From Octopus vulgaris (lineage: Eukaryota), in assembly GCA_951406725.2 (NCBI GenBank), contig OX597821.1, positions 32,240,001-32,304,000 of the forward strand: DNA of 64,000 bases, read 5' to 3'. How positions within the stretch are numbered: the stretch's first letter is position 1; every line of letters starts with the position of its first letter. The position numbers and the translations under genes are program-made. This document shows positions 1 through 14,470 of the stretch, in pieces. Below the pieces are notes generated by a model, which was given only the letters and a program-made list of their open reading frames with translations, searched no databases and had not been told where the DNA came from.

Positions 1-169
1 CATTTTACAATATTATAATAATAGCATATATTTTATTATGATAAAACTAGTACTTTCATGCGTTGCGCAATCACCAGATTTATGTTGTAGTAGAAATGAC
101 AGTCGTATCCCACAATTGAGAACTGTAGAGGGATGATCAAATATATATGTATGTATATGTATATATGCA

Positions 170-225
<56 letters not shown>

Positions 226-700
226 AGAGAGAGAGAAAGAGATAAATGTGTGTGTTTGTGTAAAGTCATGAATACTATATACTTAACATATGATAGACAG
301 CGGTTCTGTCTGTGAAAGAATCCTTTAAACCCATATTTCTTTTTAAATGTATGCTTCACTGCGAGGCTAAACATAATCACCCCGGAAGTGTACGGGTGAG
401 CGCCAGATACTTGATTTTCACTGTATATATGTGTCGTTATTGTTGTTGGTGAAGGTGGTAGTGGTACGTATTGCTCTCGATAATGATGACTATCATACAA
501 CTGTTTTCCTGTTAATTTTACTGATGATATCTACTCTGACTTTCATATTACTAATGATGTTTATTCCTGATTTGTTTACTATCGCTGTTTTTTTCCACAT
601 CTCACTTGAAGATGTTTTTCAATGATTTTTTTAAAAACTAGATACGTAATTTATTTACGTATTAGTTGAGCTTTCACTACCTTTCGTATTGATGCTGTTG

Positions 701-754
<54 letters not shown>

Positions 755-1044
755 AAAATAAACGGGTAAGTCAGATTAAGCAAACCACTTTCAACACATA
801 TGTGTGCAGATTAAGTCAAGATAAAATTTGTTCAAAATTTAAAACATAAGATTATATCGAATATAAGAAATATTTAAAATGTATATAGATATATATGTAA
901 GTAAATATGCGAGTAGAAAAATAGTGATGATATAGCAAAAGACTAGAATATAGATAAGAACGTTTTTAAAAGACCTGAAAAGATAGTGAAAAATTAATAA
1001 TACGCTTCTAATAACTTTTCGGGCAACAATTTTAGATAATATTA

Positions 1045-1132
1045 TCCCGACGGCTGTTTCTGGAGTTCATTACTCTAGATAATAAATGAATCTTGAAATC
1101 AATTTTCGGAGAATGTTTCCTTCATCAGGGAA
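1045..1132 (-). ncRNA. Degenerate hammerhead ribozyme-like motif
   Basis: TTCC-CTGATGA-AGGA..TCCA-GAAA-CAGCCG-TC-GGGA. Confidence 0.5.
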
Positions 1133-1159
1133 AAAAAGTGATATTCACGGTAAATATTT

Positions 1160-1453
1160 TTATGAGCCATGCCTGGCTCATAAGGGCCAGTTTCCCGGTT
1201 TCTTGGCGCATAGGTTCCCCACTTGGACGGGACGCCGGTCCGTCGCAGGTGAGCTGCAAGATGCAGGAGGAAAGAGTGAGAGAAAGTTGTGGCGAAAGAG
1301 TCGGCAGAAGTTCGCCATTACCTTCTGCCGGAGCCGCGTGGAGCTTAGGTGTTTCGCTCATAAACACACACATGGCCCGTTCTGAGATTCGAACCCGTGA
1401 TCCCTCGACCGCGAGTTCCCCTGCTCTAACTACTAGGCCATGTGCCTCCACAC
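1160..1453 (-). mobile_element. SINE family 2, diverged
   Basis: Same tRNA-like head (GGTTCGAATCTC B box) and core; different tail. Confidence 0.7.
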
Positions 1454-2574
1454 GGTAGATATGCATTCAGTGCATTGCCACAGTAAGGGATAATCGCTAA
1501 CTTCTATAAAACATATGTATGCAAATAATGGAGACCTTCATGAGGACCGATGAAAGAATTTCTTGGAATTATATTTGGCAATATGTTGTTATAAGATATT
1601 AAGTTGTGCGACTGAAATTACTGAAGCTAATGATTTAGTAAATTCGGAAAACATATTTGACATAGTTGAATTATATAAGCGAAGGATATTTGAGGATTCT
1701 TTTATTCACATTCTACATCTACCCATAATCGTATTGTAGGTAGGAGCTCATCTATAATTGACCAAGATAGTACGTAATTAATATTTTTTTTAATTTTAGA
1801 TCATGTATAAACAACGCTAGTGTCGTTGAACTTTTGTATTTTAGCTTATTGAAAGAATTTAAATGGGTTCTATACCGTCCATTAAAATGTATGGTGCCTC
1901 ACATATATATTCTTGCTTCATGTGTACCACTTGCCAAGATGCATTTATAAATTACAGTCTTACCGTAAACAGTGAACGGACATAAATTGGAGACCCTACA
2001 ATTACATGTTTTTGCGCTTTTATCTATAGTTTTACTCGGATTTATTAAGGTTAAATCGGGTTGGCGTACGTTTAGTAGGGATTCATTACGTTTAGATTTA
2101 GAGTATGGAGTACCTTTTGATGATTTAAGTTTTTCGTTTGAAGTTGGAGTTTAATTCTATTTATGGATGCCATAATATATCACAAATTAGGCGTGGTAGA
2201 GTAAGACACTTTTATTGAGAATTTGTTAGAGATAGGGTAATATTTGTGGTGCTTAGGAAAATATAATTTCAGAAACTTAAAGAATAACATACGTAATTCT
2301 TTTACTTTGAGAAAGAAGCGGGGGGGGGGGAGAGCCAAATAATATCTTTTTTTCTGTGTTTAGAGTGTGTTACTACATTAGAATGTTCTAATTAGGGGAG
2401 CTTATATTTGTTATGATTTCTAAAAGGTGCGAAAACTTATTAGACGCCTATTGTTAACTATTCACTATATTTTCAAAAATTTTTAAAACGTTCTCATCTA
2501 TTTTCTTATCTTTTACAATATTCTCACTATGTTTCTGAACTTATATTTATATATTTATATATATAATTTTAATA

Positions 2575-2924
2575 TTCCTTCGGTTACGACGATGAGGGTT
2601 CCGGTTGATCCGAATCAACGGAACAGCCTGCTCGTGAAATTAACGTGTAAGTGGCTGAGCACTCCACAGACACGTGCACCCTTAACGTAGTTCTCGGGGA
2701 TATTCAGCGTGACACAGAGAGTGACATGAAGTAAGAGTGAGAGAAAGTTGTGGTGAAAGAGTACAGCAAGGATCACCACCATCCCCTGCCGGAGCCTCGT
2801 GGAGCTTTTAGGTGTTTTCGCTCAATAAACACTCACAACGCCCGGTCTGGGAATCGAAACCGCGATCCTATGACCGCGAGTCCGCTGCCCTAACCACTGG
2901 GCCATTGGGCCATTGCGCCTCCAC
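2575..2924 (-). mobile_element. tRNA-derived SINE, family 2
   Basis: Head GTGGAGGCGCAATGGCCC..AGTGGTTAGGGCAGCGGACTCGCGGTC..GGTTTCGATTCCC; homologous to 1160-1453 and 4140-4410. Confidence 0.8.
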
Positions 2925-3109
2925 ATATTTTTCTATATTCTATATATTAATATATGTTTTAATTTTGGACGAATTTTATCTTGATCAAATCTGCACACAT
3001 ATGTATTGAAACTGCCTTGCCTAATCTGAATGTTATCCTTTTATTTTTTATATCTGTCTAATGTCTCAGGTTCGACTTGAGCACTTCTAAGCAAACTATA
3101 TATATTTAT

Positions 3110-3480
3110 TTCCCTATTGCCCGCAGATGGCTAAATATAGAGGGGATTAACACGGACAGACAAAAGGATTAAGTCGATTATACCGATAACAGTGAGTAAC
3201 TTGTTTAATCGACGCCGAAAGGATGAAAGCGAAGTCGAACTCGGCGGAATTTGAACTCAGAACCTATTGGCAAACGAAAAACCGCTAAGCATTTCGCCCG
3301 CGTACTAACGATTCTGCCAGCTCACAACCCTAAGCAATCTATATATTCTTTTCTATTCTAGGCATAAGGCCCGACATTTTGTGGGAGGGGGTCAGTCAAC
3401 AAGATCGACCCCAATACGCAATTGAAAGGCAAAGTCGACCTCGGCGTGCTAACGTTTCTGCCAGCTCGCCGCCTCGAGCA
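3110..3480 (-). mobile_element. Two tandem degenerate copies of a third tRNA-like SINE
   Basis: GAGCTGGCAGAA(T/A)CGTTAG heads near 3323 and 3468; GAGTTCAAATTCCGCCGAG B-box-like segment. Confidence 0.6.
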
Positions 3481-3516
3481 GTCTATAAGAAAAATATAAC
3501 TACATATATATATATG

Positions 3517-3576
<60 letters not shown>

Positions 3577-4139
3577 CTCCTTTATTTACATATTGCTTCC
3601 ATTGATGTATATTTTTGTTCATCTCCCATCCAATTAGATTTAAACTTTGTGACGCTATACTTACTCTTAACTGCACCTTTGTTTCTCCAATAATTTCTTC
3701 TTGAGAGATATATTACCTTAAATTTCACGGAGTTTGTTGTTGTTTTAGAAGTTGTTAATGTGAAATATCGCTAGATATCGGTTATTGCTGTGGAAGTTGT
3801 TGGCTGTGTTCTCTCTGATCATTCCCGTGATGATCACTTGTTGCCTTTGCGGTTTGTGTTGCCACTTGTTTTGAAATATTTTACTTTGTGCCAGACTAGT
3901 GGCCAAAGATAAATTCTTACTAGAAAGACAACTTCAGTAAGAACATATAAAGAACTAAGGGTTTTATTATACAGGGTGTTACAGGTTTTATAAAGACAAT
4001 TACAAGTTACAAGGCAGCAAAAAAAAAGAGCCCACCTATAGACTTGTACAATTTTACTGTCTACTGGACTTCCTCTAAAAGCATTTAAGCGATACGGTTC
4101 TGTGACAAAACAAAGGCTGAAAGGAGCCTGTCCTGTATG

Positions 4140-4410
4140 TGTTAGGGCAGCGGACTCGCGGTCGCAGGATCGCGGTTTCGATTCCCAGACCGGGCATTGT
4201 GAGTGTTTATTGAGCGAAAACACCTAAAAGCTCCACGAGGCTCCTGCAGGGGGTGGTGATCCCTGCTGTACTCTTTCACCACTCTTTCTTCTGTTGGCCT
4301 ACTCGCTTAGCCAGCAGGGTGGCGTCATTCGAAGGATAAAACAATGCGAACGCATTGTGACCAGCGATGTGTAACAACATCTGATGGTCTGGTCGGTCAC
4401 GTGATCACGT
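4140..4410 (+). mobile_element. SINE family 2 with an alternative 3' tail
   Basis: Head nearly identical to 2760-2895 (reverse); tail resembles 20175-20290 (reverse). Confidence 0.8.
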
Positions 4411-4474
4411 GATATATATATATATTTATATATATATATATATCTATATATATATATATATATATTTGTGTGTG

Positions 4475-4510
<36 letters not shown>

Positions 4511-5338
4511 CACATTTATATGTGAGTGTATGTGTGTGTGCGCGCGCGCACGTTTGTGTGTGTGTGTGTAGAAATTGCTAGAAAATATATTTACTTTATA
4601 CGCAAGAAATATAAAGCGAACTCTTTGGTGCAATTATATCCTTTCTCCAAACTACATATGTTTGCATGTGTGTATGAAACACACAAATTGCTCCTAAATG
4701 TGTAAGAAATATGCAAATCAATATCATACACTAAAGCTACACATGCTATTCATATCACATAGGGGTTATGAAACACGGTAAACTCAGTGCAAAATATGTG
4801 GACGAATGTATGATGTGACACATTAATTTCGCATTTATCAGTTTATCAACTCAAATTCTACAAAATCTGAAACTGGTATAATTTCCTATAGGAATGGGCA
4901 AACATATTTCTTTAAATGCTTTAAGATATATATCGCACTTAAATATTAACGTACATAAATGTAGGTTCACTAGCACACATTTCATCATATTAAATGTAAG
5001 TATGCATAGACATATGTGTGGGTGCCTGTACTTCTATCTGTGTGTGCGTATGTGTGTGACGGCGTGTGCGTCCGTGCGGATATGTGAAGAAAGGGCATGT
5101 GAAAATGTCCTTATGTTACGTAATAAGAATGTTCAATATATATGCTTATAGATCGTTAGCCACTACACACATTTTTTTCTCTCCTTGCTTCTCTCCTTTT
5201 TTTTTGTCTGTGTCCCTTTCTGTAGAAGCGCGTAGGCTCGAAACGTAAAAGACTTTTTCTATTCCTGAGCGTTATACTAATGCATCTGTTTGTTTTGTAC
5301 ACCACCTGTCTTCGTCTTTTGTTTTTTTCGTAAACTTT

Positions 5339-5434
<96 letters not shown>

Positions 5435-7201
5435 AGAAGCAGGATTGCCTGTCATCTCATCCTCCATGGACCGATACAATAAATATCAGGAGCTCTAATT
5501 GATTGTACTCTGCCAATAGAGGTCGTGGTTGTGCAGGAACGTTAGATATCTCCATAGTGTTTGTTATAACATTCAGATATTTATTGTATGGTAACTGTCG
5601 CATGTAATAAATGCCAGCTCTTCCGCAATAAAATTGTAAATATACTTGAGTTGAAAAATAATTTGTTCTTATCATATTCAGATTAAGATAATGTATTTAA
5701 AAAAAGACTAGTCAAGCTTAAATTTCTACGTATTTTTCTCATAAAATAATTGCTGAAATATGTTTCAGTTGAGAAAAAAAGCATTTGTTCTTATCATTTT
5801 CAAATTATATGCTGTTAAAAAATTAATCGACATTTAGTTTCGATATATGTCTATCATTTTCAACAACTCTGTATCTCAATTAATTTAATTTTTGGTCAGT
5901 ATCTATTCCAGAAATGTTTTCAATGACTTGTTATACATGTATAGTTTCATGCTCATACACATACTGTGATAAAAAAAAAACAACAGAATTAGAATATTCA
6001 AAAGATTTGTTATATAATGCTGCATCCAAGCCAGAATAACTCGCAATTCATGAATTTCCAAAATTCTTATAATAAAGAGAAAAAAACAGAGAACTACTGC
6101 ATTTATAGCCGACAAGAAGCCTACAAGCTACAGCATCACACATTCCTCTGAACATATGCAGTTCTGAATCAATCACCAAATATGAGTAAAAATATATAAA
6201 CTCCCAGGTTAAGTACAGTGGGAAACAAACAACAAATTTTCGATGGCATTTAACGAAGGCTAAATTTACCTCAATAAAGAAGCTGTATAAACTCATGTGA
6301 AGACTTTTGTTGCTTGACATCTAATTTTATTGATCAAAACAAAATGAAAATTTGGAAAGGGTTACGACTTCAAGTTGAATGCGTATTGTAACTGCAAATC
6401 AAAGAAAATCTAATTTCTTGCATTAATTGTCCACAATTACATATGAATTGGATCGGTCAAAAAAAGGGCATTATAACAAGAGCTTGTTAGAGTTCATAAA
6501 TCACAGAAAATGTATACATCTTATATAATGTCCCCTTTAGAAATCAATTAAGCATTCGAATATGGAATTTAAACTATTCCTAAAAAAAGGGGGATAATTA
6601 AAAAGGAAGAAATACAATACAAGGATATAAATTATAAATTTTTATTCAGAAACTGGAAATGCTGACAGCCTATTAAAACACATTTAGGACCATACAGATA
6701 ACTAAATTTGCTTTCCTGAAGATGCAAAGGCCAGAAAAATCACCTAAACACAGAGATGCACAGCACATGCATTAAAGTTGATTCAAAATGTCTTTCCAAA
6801 CATTTTGAGACGAACATACAACATATAAATAATATTCAACAACGTTGTTACAATTGCATATTTTTTTATATGAAATATGCAGCGTTAATATAGTTAGTGG
6901 AAGTGCTATGTTAGAAGACAGTCAAAGGTCAAATTTTATAGAATGGTAGAAATCACTTATAGGAGCTAAAGGTATGTTTCACCAGTATTTAGTTTAGGGG
7001 TTTGGGATGTTATACAGAGCTTGCGTTCCCTACGGTAATAAGAGGTATGATTATCAATTAAGGCAAGGAATATCCGCCAACAAATAACATGATACGATCA
7101 ATCAGTCTGTATTCAACACATAAAAACATATATGAGCATGTGTGTGTCCACCTATGTGCGCGTTGTATATGTATGAATATACGCGTGCATGTATATACGT
7201 G

Positions 7202-7259
<58 letters not shown>

Positions 7260-7339
7260 GTGTGTGTATATGTATGTATGTATATATATATACACAAAAT
7301 GTATATATATATGTGTGTGTGTGTGTGTGTATTTGTGTG

Positions 7340-7387
<48 letters not shown>

Positions 7388-7417
7388 CACACACACACAA
7401 ATAAACGCATGCGCACA

Positions 7418-7641
7418 TGAACGAGCGGAGTGCTGAAAAGTTCTTTGTGTTGAGTAGAAGTAAATACTGGAGGTACAGTTAATTATGATTTCATTCAACA
7501 TATTTCTCTCAGATTCACACACTCATGGCGGCGATACTTCAGTTCATCCAAGCCTTCTAAGAGAATTCGAAATGTTGAGATTGTAACAAGGTCTTTTGTG
7601 ATGCGCTTAAAGCCAGAAACTTTTCCACTACTTCTCATGTA
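7418..7641. mobile_element. Mariner-like MITE
   Basis: Imperfect TIRs (GAGTGCTGAAAAGTTC / GAAACTTTTCCACTACTTC); related end at 23466-23545. Confidence 0.45.
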
Positions 7642-7693
7642 TACGTATGTATGTATATATGTATGTATGTACACACACACACACACACAAACA

Positions 7694-7796
<103 letters not shown>

Positions 7797-8131
7797 TGAG
7801 AATTTATAAAAAAGACGAAGACGGGTGTATAAACAATAAATAGATATGTTAATTTAACGCTGGGGAAGGGAGAAAGTTTTTTACGTTTCAAGCCTAGACT
7901 CTTTCACAGAAAGGAATTTATATAGTTGCAAATTATAGAAAAAAAGCCGAAGACAGGTGTATGAACTACAAGCAAGTATATTAGTTTCACCCTTCAGAAA
8001 ATAAAAAAGTCTTTTACGTTTCGAGCCTACGCTCTTCAACAGAGAGGAATGAGTGAGGATAACAGAGAGGGAATGAAAAAACTAGTAGATTTCAGCGGTT
8101 CCGTTCACATCTATATATATACACATACATT

Positions 8132-8191
<60 letters not shown>

Positions 8192-8228
8192 AGACACACA
8201 GACACAGACATATATATACATATACGTA

Positions 8229-8268
<40 letters not shown>

Positions 8269-8305
8269 AGACACACAGACACAGACATATATATACATAT
8301 ACGTA

Positions 8306-8347
<42 letters not shown>

Positions 8348-9209
8348 TATATACATATATGTATTTAATTATTTGTGTACGCATGCATGTATGTATGCAT
8401 ATATCTAGGTGTGACTGTGCAATTTTTGTTCCAGTGCGTCTTTTATAAATATTTAAAAGATCACACTGTCCAAATCATTTTAAGTGTAGTATTGGGCTTT
8501 TCTGCTATTTTAAATTATATTATATTGTTATACATTCACATATACCTACACTACCATCATGTCGGACTCTTCTTTGTATTACATATTGAATATATATTCA
8601 CTATGTGCTTCTGGTTTTTTCAGGCGCATAAATTCGCAGAAACATTTTTTTTTTGTTTAACAATGAAGTTCATTTCTATTCATTCTAAGATATTGTAGAT
8701 TTTTAGTATAGTATTTTCGTGTGGGATTATTACTTTGCCTTTGTGTTTGTACATTCCTCCCACGCAAGTATTTATGTACACATACACTCACACGCGCATA
8801 CAAATACTTATATGCATACACACAGCATGGGTGCATACATACACACACACACACACACACACAAACAAGCACATATTCACACACACAAACACAGATATGT
8901 GTGAGTATGTTTGTGCGCCTGTGTGGATACGTATGCTTCTGAGCGATTGTCAGTATGCAGAGGCTTATATTTGCGTACGAACAAAAACTATACATAACTC
9001 TGATTATTATATTTGGCTGGTCGATCGTAATATATGTATATATATATGTATATTGGCAGGGCAAGACTGCTAGGTAGTCGGCCGTATGCTAGAAATAGAT
9101 CATCAACGATCAAACTACAAAGAAAATTCTCTAGAGGAAAAATTCAGCGAATACCAGAACCAAATTTGGCGGGCAGGACAGATGAAAATTTATATAAAAA
9201 ACAGAATTA

Positions 9210-9286
9210 AATGCATACCTCGGTTTCGGCCTTAAACAAAAGAATTACTTACATAATTCAAATGTCCGTGGCTTCATCAGTGCATT
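9210..9286 (-). ncRNA. Minimal type-I hammerhead ribozyme-like motif
   Basis: AATGCA-CTGATGA-AGCC..GGCC-GAAA-CCGAGG-TA-TGCATT; one mismatch at the base of stem II. Confidence 0.7.
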
Positions 9287-9437
9287 CGTTCAGTGTAAAT
9301 GCAATCTGAAAAATTAACCCCAGCTTTCTTTGCCAAGACAGACACGAATTTTCTCTGACTTCTCAGATTTTTTGTATGCTAGACTACTGGTTTTAAATTG
9401 ATATTAAAATTAATATTAATTTATCTCCCTCATTATT

Positions 9438-9496
<59 letters not shown>

Positions 9497-9498
<2 letters not shown>

Positions 9499-9897
9499 TC
9501 GTTACTCTTTTACTCTTTTACTCGTTTCAGTTACTTCACTGCGGCCATGCTGGAGCACCGCCTTTAGTCGAACAAATCGATCCCGGGACTTATTCCTTAT
9601 AAGCCCAGTACTTATTCTATCGGTCTCCTTTGCCGAACCACTAAGTGACGGGGACGTAAACACACCAGCATCGGTTGTCAAGCAATGCTAGGGGGGCAAA
9701 CATAGACACACACACATATATATATATACATATATACGACGGGATTCTTTCAGTTTCCGTCTACCAAATCCACTCACAAGGCTTTGGTCGGCCCGACAAT
9801 ATAGTAGAAGACAATTGCCCAAGATGCCACGCAGTGGGGCTGAACCCGGGACCATGTGGTTGGTAAGCAAGCTACTCACCACACAGCCACTCCTGCG

Positions 9898-9900
<3 letters not shown>
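9497..9900 (-). mobile_element. tRNA-derived SINE, family 1
   Basis: Head GCAGGAGTGGCTGTGTGG..GGTTCA (A/B boxes), internal microsatellite, tail GGCGGTGCTCCAGCATGGCCGCAG..(GAGTAAAA)n; multiple copies in window. Confidence 0.85.
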
Positions 9901-9959
<59 letters not shown>

Positions 9960-10020
9960 GAGGGAATATTATTCCAAACTTACAGGGTAAAATTCAATTT
10001 CGAAATACTAAATCAAGTTT

Positions 10021-10383
10021 CACAGGAGTGGCTGTGTGGTAAGTAGCTTGCTAACCAACCACATGGTTCCGGGTTCAGTCCCACTGCGTGGCATCTTGGG
10101 CAAGTGTCTTCTGCTATAGCCCCGGGCCGACCAATGCCTTGTGAGTGGATTTGGTAGACGGAAACTGAAAGAAGCCTGTCGTATATATGTATATATAAGT
10201 ATGTGTGTGTGTGTGTTTGTGTTTGTCCCCCTAGCATTGCTTGACAACCGATGCTGGTGTGCTTATGTCCCCGTTACTTAGCGGTTCGGCAAAAGAGACA
10301 GATAGAATAAGTACTAAAGGCGGTGCTCCAGCATGGCCGCAGTCAAATGACTGAAACAAGTAAAAGAGTAAAGAGTAAAAGAG

Positions 10384-10385
<2 letters not shown>
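10021..10385 (+). mobile_element. SINE family 1
   Basis: Homologous to 9497-9900, opposite strand. Confidence 0.85.
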
Positions 10386-10415
<30 letters not shown>

Positions 10416-10480
10416 CAGAGAGAGACAGAGACAGAGAAAGAGAGAGAGGGAGACACACAGATACACACACATACATATAC

Positions 10481-10512
<32 letters not shown>

Positions 10513-10684
10513 ATGTGTGTGTGCGTTTGTAAGACTTTATGTATACACAGGGGTCGGAAAAATTAATAAAAATGACACTTCATACAAACATATTATATTG
10601 GCCAGAATTGAAATTTAAAAATGTCCTAGTGTGTATGTAGTTGTCCTTGTGCCTTACCCGCACCCCGTAATTCATAGTTTGTGG

Positions 10685-10729
<45 letters not shown>

Positions 10730-10734
10730 ATATG

Positions 10735-12290
10735 GAGTTAAACGGAGGTGATATTCAAATTCTTTTACTTCCGACATATGTTTCGAAGACAACATTAGTA
10801 TTATTCCAGAAGGTATAAAATGGTGTAAAACAATGCAATCATCTCATCACGGAATGAAAGAAGCCAAATACATCAATAAGACATTTTAACAGAATGAGAT
10901 GACTGTGTATATGATAACGGGAACGTTATCAAGTTTTAAAAAAGACCGTTAGTAGATATAACCTCAATGGTAGTTTGCAGAAAGAGAAGGAGGGGAACGA
11001 AAAAATGAGCAGAAAGCTAATAGTGGAGAGATATAGGGCCGTAGGTGAATTAGAATGAAGCTTAAAGGAATAGAAGTATATATATTTAATGGAAATGCAA
11101 TGTTAGCAGATAGTTGAAGGTCGAATTTTATAGAATTGTAGGAATCACAGATTATTAAAGATAATTATCCTAATAACAAGGTATGTCCAAGCAAAACTGT
11201 TTGGTTAATAATTCTATATGGTGGGCAGATGAAATCTAACCTCCCTTACCAGTTTCGTGAAGCTATCGAAAAGAATTTCCCCAAAAATTCAAGAAACTAT
11301 GCGATTTTTAATTCATGCGCAATTAGGATAGGTTTTTCTAACACTAAAAAGTCTTTCACAAATCAACTCTTCGCATAATAATAACTTGTAAAAGCAAATC
11401 CACTTAATGAAAATACTAAGATAGATTTTGTTTTAACAGTATCCATTCTTTAAATAATATTAACAACGGGGTTATTGTTTCTGATATCAACTCCAATCTC
11501 ATTCGTTTTCTTAGCTGTAATTCTAAGACTAGAAAATCTAATTATCAATTTAAAATTACCTCCGGTTCTGAGGTCTTTTTTCTATGGGTAGTTCTTCATC
11601 TCAGTTGTCCAAAATAAAATCTAATCATTACTGTAAATTTAGACATATCAATAAACGTAACAATACTGGGCTTAGTAAATTAATCTGGTTTTTAAAAGAT
11701 CATAATAAACGATTTAATTTGGAATGGAATGTTCTCTCCTATTTCTTTACCGTATGACAAAAGCCAATCTTTTTGGTACCTTTGTAATAGTGAAATGTTT
11801 TCTATCACATTCACAAAGAATCTCCTTGTAAACACGTTTATAGGACTCGTAAATCGTTGCAAACATTGACAGAAACATACCTTTAGCTCCTATAATTGAT
11901 TTCTACCATTCTATAAAATTTGACCTTTGACTGTCTTCTAACATAGCACTTCCACTAACTATATTTACTTCCATTCCTTTAAGCTTTATTCAAATTCACG
12001 TATCACTCTATATCTCTCCATTATTCGTTTTCTACAACTTTCTTTCTCCTCATTCTCTTTCTATAAACGACATTTGTCATTATATCTAATAACGGATTTT
12101 TTTTTCATAAAAACTTGATAGCGTTCCCTACATCATATACGCAGTAATAACATTCTGTACATATGTCTTATTAATGTGTTTAGTCTCTTCCTTTCTCTGA
12201 TGCGTAGATTGCATCGTTCTGGAATAATACCTTCGATACATATGGCAGGTGTAAAAGATTTTGAATAACACCTGCTTTCAACTCCGTTTA
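10735..12290 (+). mobile_element. Penelope-like remnant: GIY-YIG region between inverted, diverged terminal repeats
   Basis: 11170-11870 has decayed PLE motifs (IEKNFPKNSRNYAIFN, NTGLSKLIWFLKD). 10735-11160 is an inverted homologue of 11880-12290. A further piece lies at 6885-6980. Confidence 0.6.
10769..10854 (-). ncRNA. Probably inactivated hammerhead motif (core C>G)
   Basis: TTCC-GTGATGA-GA..TC-GAAA-CATATG-TC-GGAA; related to 59091-59175. Confidence 0.5.
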
Positions 12291-12456
12291 CTTATTCATC
12301 TATATTATACAAAGCATTTCACCTAAACGAGGAGTGTCTTTCTTTATAAATAGGCTTTTACATCCTTGTTACTTGTGGGAATTTTTGTTACTCTGGTAAC
12401 TGTTTAGGTTTTTTTTGTTAGTAGTAAACACTAGAAAAAACACACATACATTTATA

Positions 12457-12528
<72 letters not shown>

Positions 12529-13711
12529 TACATATATATTTATGTATATATGTATATATATATATATATATTAATAAATAAAACATATGCATATATATAT
12601 ATATATATACATATATGTATGTACCAACCTCTACATGTATATATACACGCATATATGAATACAGGACACCAAAAACACGTCGAACACAATGAGAAACGAA
12701 AACATAGACACTAACCCAAGGAACTGGACATTTTTTTAACAACAAAAAATATAGAGTACAGGACAATTAACACAAAGAAAAAAACCCTTCTTCAGTCGCC
12801 ATGGTTTCATCTACTCTACGTTTCGAAGGTGAAGGCGAGACGTATCTTCGAAAAGAAACTTTCCTTCCTGCGAAAAGCAAATGAATTAAAATTTGAGATC
12901 TTTTCGCAGAGGGGTAAAAATGGTATCAAAAACAGGACAGTAACGACAGTACAAAATATAAGCAGTAAAAGACAGGACATAAAATTGAGATTCAGATGAA
13001 TTAGGTACTTAAGTCGATTTTTTAAGTCGAATTTTATTAAATGCTAGTAAATACCAGTGATCAATCTTCATAAGTACCATCTAATTAGTAAATATTTAAG
13101 TATATGAATAAATATTAAACTGATTCTATGTAATTTCTTTTCTGCTCTTATTGTCGTTAATTTTGGTATATATTCAAACGTATTAAAAAATGTATCCTTT
13201 TGGCTATGATATTCTTCTTAGTATTTTTCTTGATAAAACCTAAATATAATCTTTATACTATATGGCAATATTGTTTAACTCATTCAAATATAGTGTCCCA
13301 TGGTAAAATTTCCCCTGTATTACCATCATTGTTTTAATTAGAGTCTTGCCCCTTTAACTGACAAACAACATCTTGATTTAAGTTTTTCATTTACCATATC
13401 TCTTTATAGACAGTTACTTTGTTACTACTTCAAACTAATCTTGACAAGTTTTATGACTATACCCACTATGTTTCTGTCAACTCCCTCAGGAACTTTCCTA
13501 ATCAGACAATGCTCTTTGGTCTTAGATTTTGATATACAAAGATTTGATAAACAAGACTGTAACAGGCTTTTTCCTGAAGTCTTAGTAGCTTCTAGGCTGA
13601 AGTGAATACAGCACGGACGTGTCTGTCTTCTTACCCTCTGAGAGGATTTAGGTAAAATTATGCAAATGTTTCCAACTGATTAAATAAATTCTATTTGTTT
13701 TATTTATTTAT

Positions 13712-13795
13712 GCAACTGAGGATAGCTCTGCTTGTAAATTAATGTAATGATTGTATTGTTAATTTAAATGGAGTCGCTTGAAACGATCGTACTGC
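13712..13795 (+). ncRNA. Degenerate hammerhead ribozyme-like motif
   Basis: GCAA-CTGAGGA-TAGC..GCTT-GAAA-CGATCG-TA-CTGC; palindromic stem III; closing mismatches. Confidence 0.55.
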
Positions 13796-13962
13796 TTCAC
13801 CGCTGTATATCCTGTTGCTCATTTTGATATATACACACACGCGCACACACATATATATATATATATAATAGAAATATTAAAATTACTAAGTCTCTCTAAA
13901 AGAGATTACGGCAGCGTTACTGGAAATTAATTGTTATCGCCATATTAATATGGCGATAACAA

Positions 13963-14009
<47 letters not shown>

Positions 14010-14129
14010 ATATATATATTATATGTTATATGATATAATTGTAATATATTATGCATACATAGATATATGTTTGTATTCATATACATGTATATATATCTAT
14101 ATCTATCTATATATATATATATATATATA

Positions 14130-14280
14130 AGGCTGTGTCTTATCTTGCCAACAACATGGCTCTGGGTTCAATCCCACAGTATAGCACCTTGAGCATTGGG
14201 CAAGTGTCTTCTACTATAGGCTTGGGTCAACTAATGCCTTGTGAGTGGATTTGGTAGACGAAAACTGATAGAAGCCCGTC

Positions 14281-14329
<49 letters not shown>

Positions 14330-14470
14330 TGGGTGTGTGCGTGTGTGCAGGGTTGTGTGTCTGTGTTTGTTCCCCACCATCGCTTGACAACCGATGCTGG
14401 TGTATTTACTTACCTGTAACTTAGCAATTCCGTAAAAGAGACTGGTAGAATAGATACTTACTGGTAGAAT
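14130..14470 (+). mobile_element. SINE family 1, degenerate
   Basis: GGGCAAGTGTCTTCTACTATAG..GTGAGTGGATTTGGTAGACG..GACAACCGATGCTGGTG. Confidence 0.75.

Noticed and set aside
2860-2924. tRNA-like sequences here and at other SINE heads
   Set aside because: They are SINE heads attached to repeat bodies, not complete tRNA genes.
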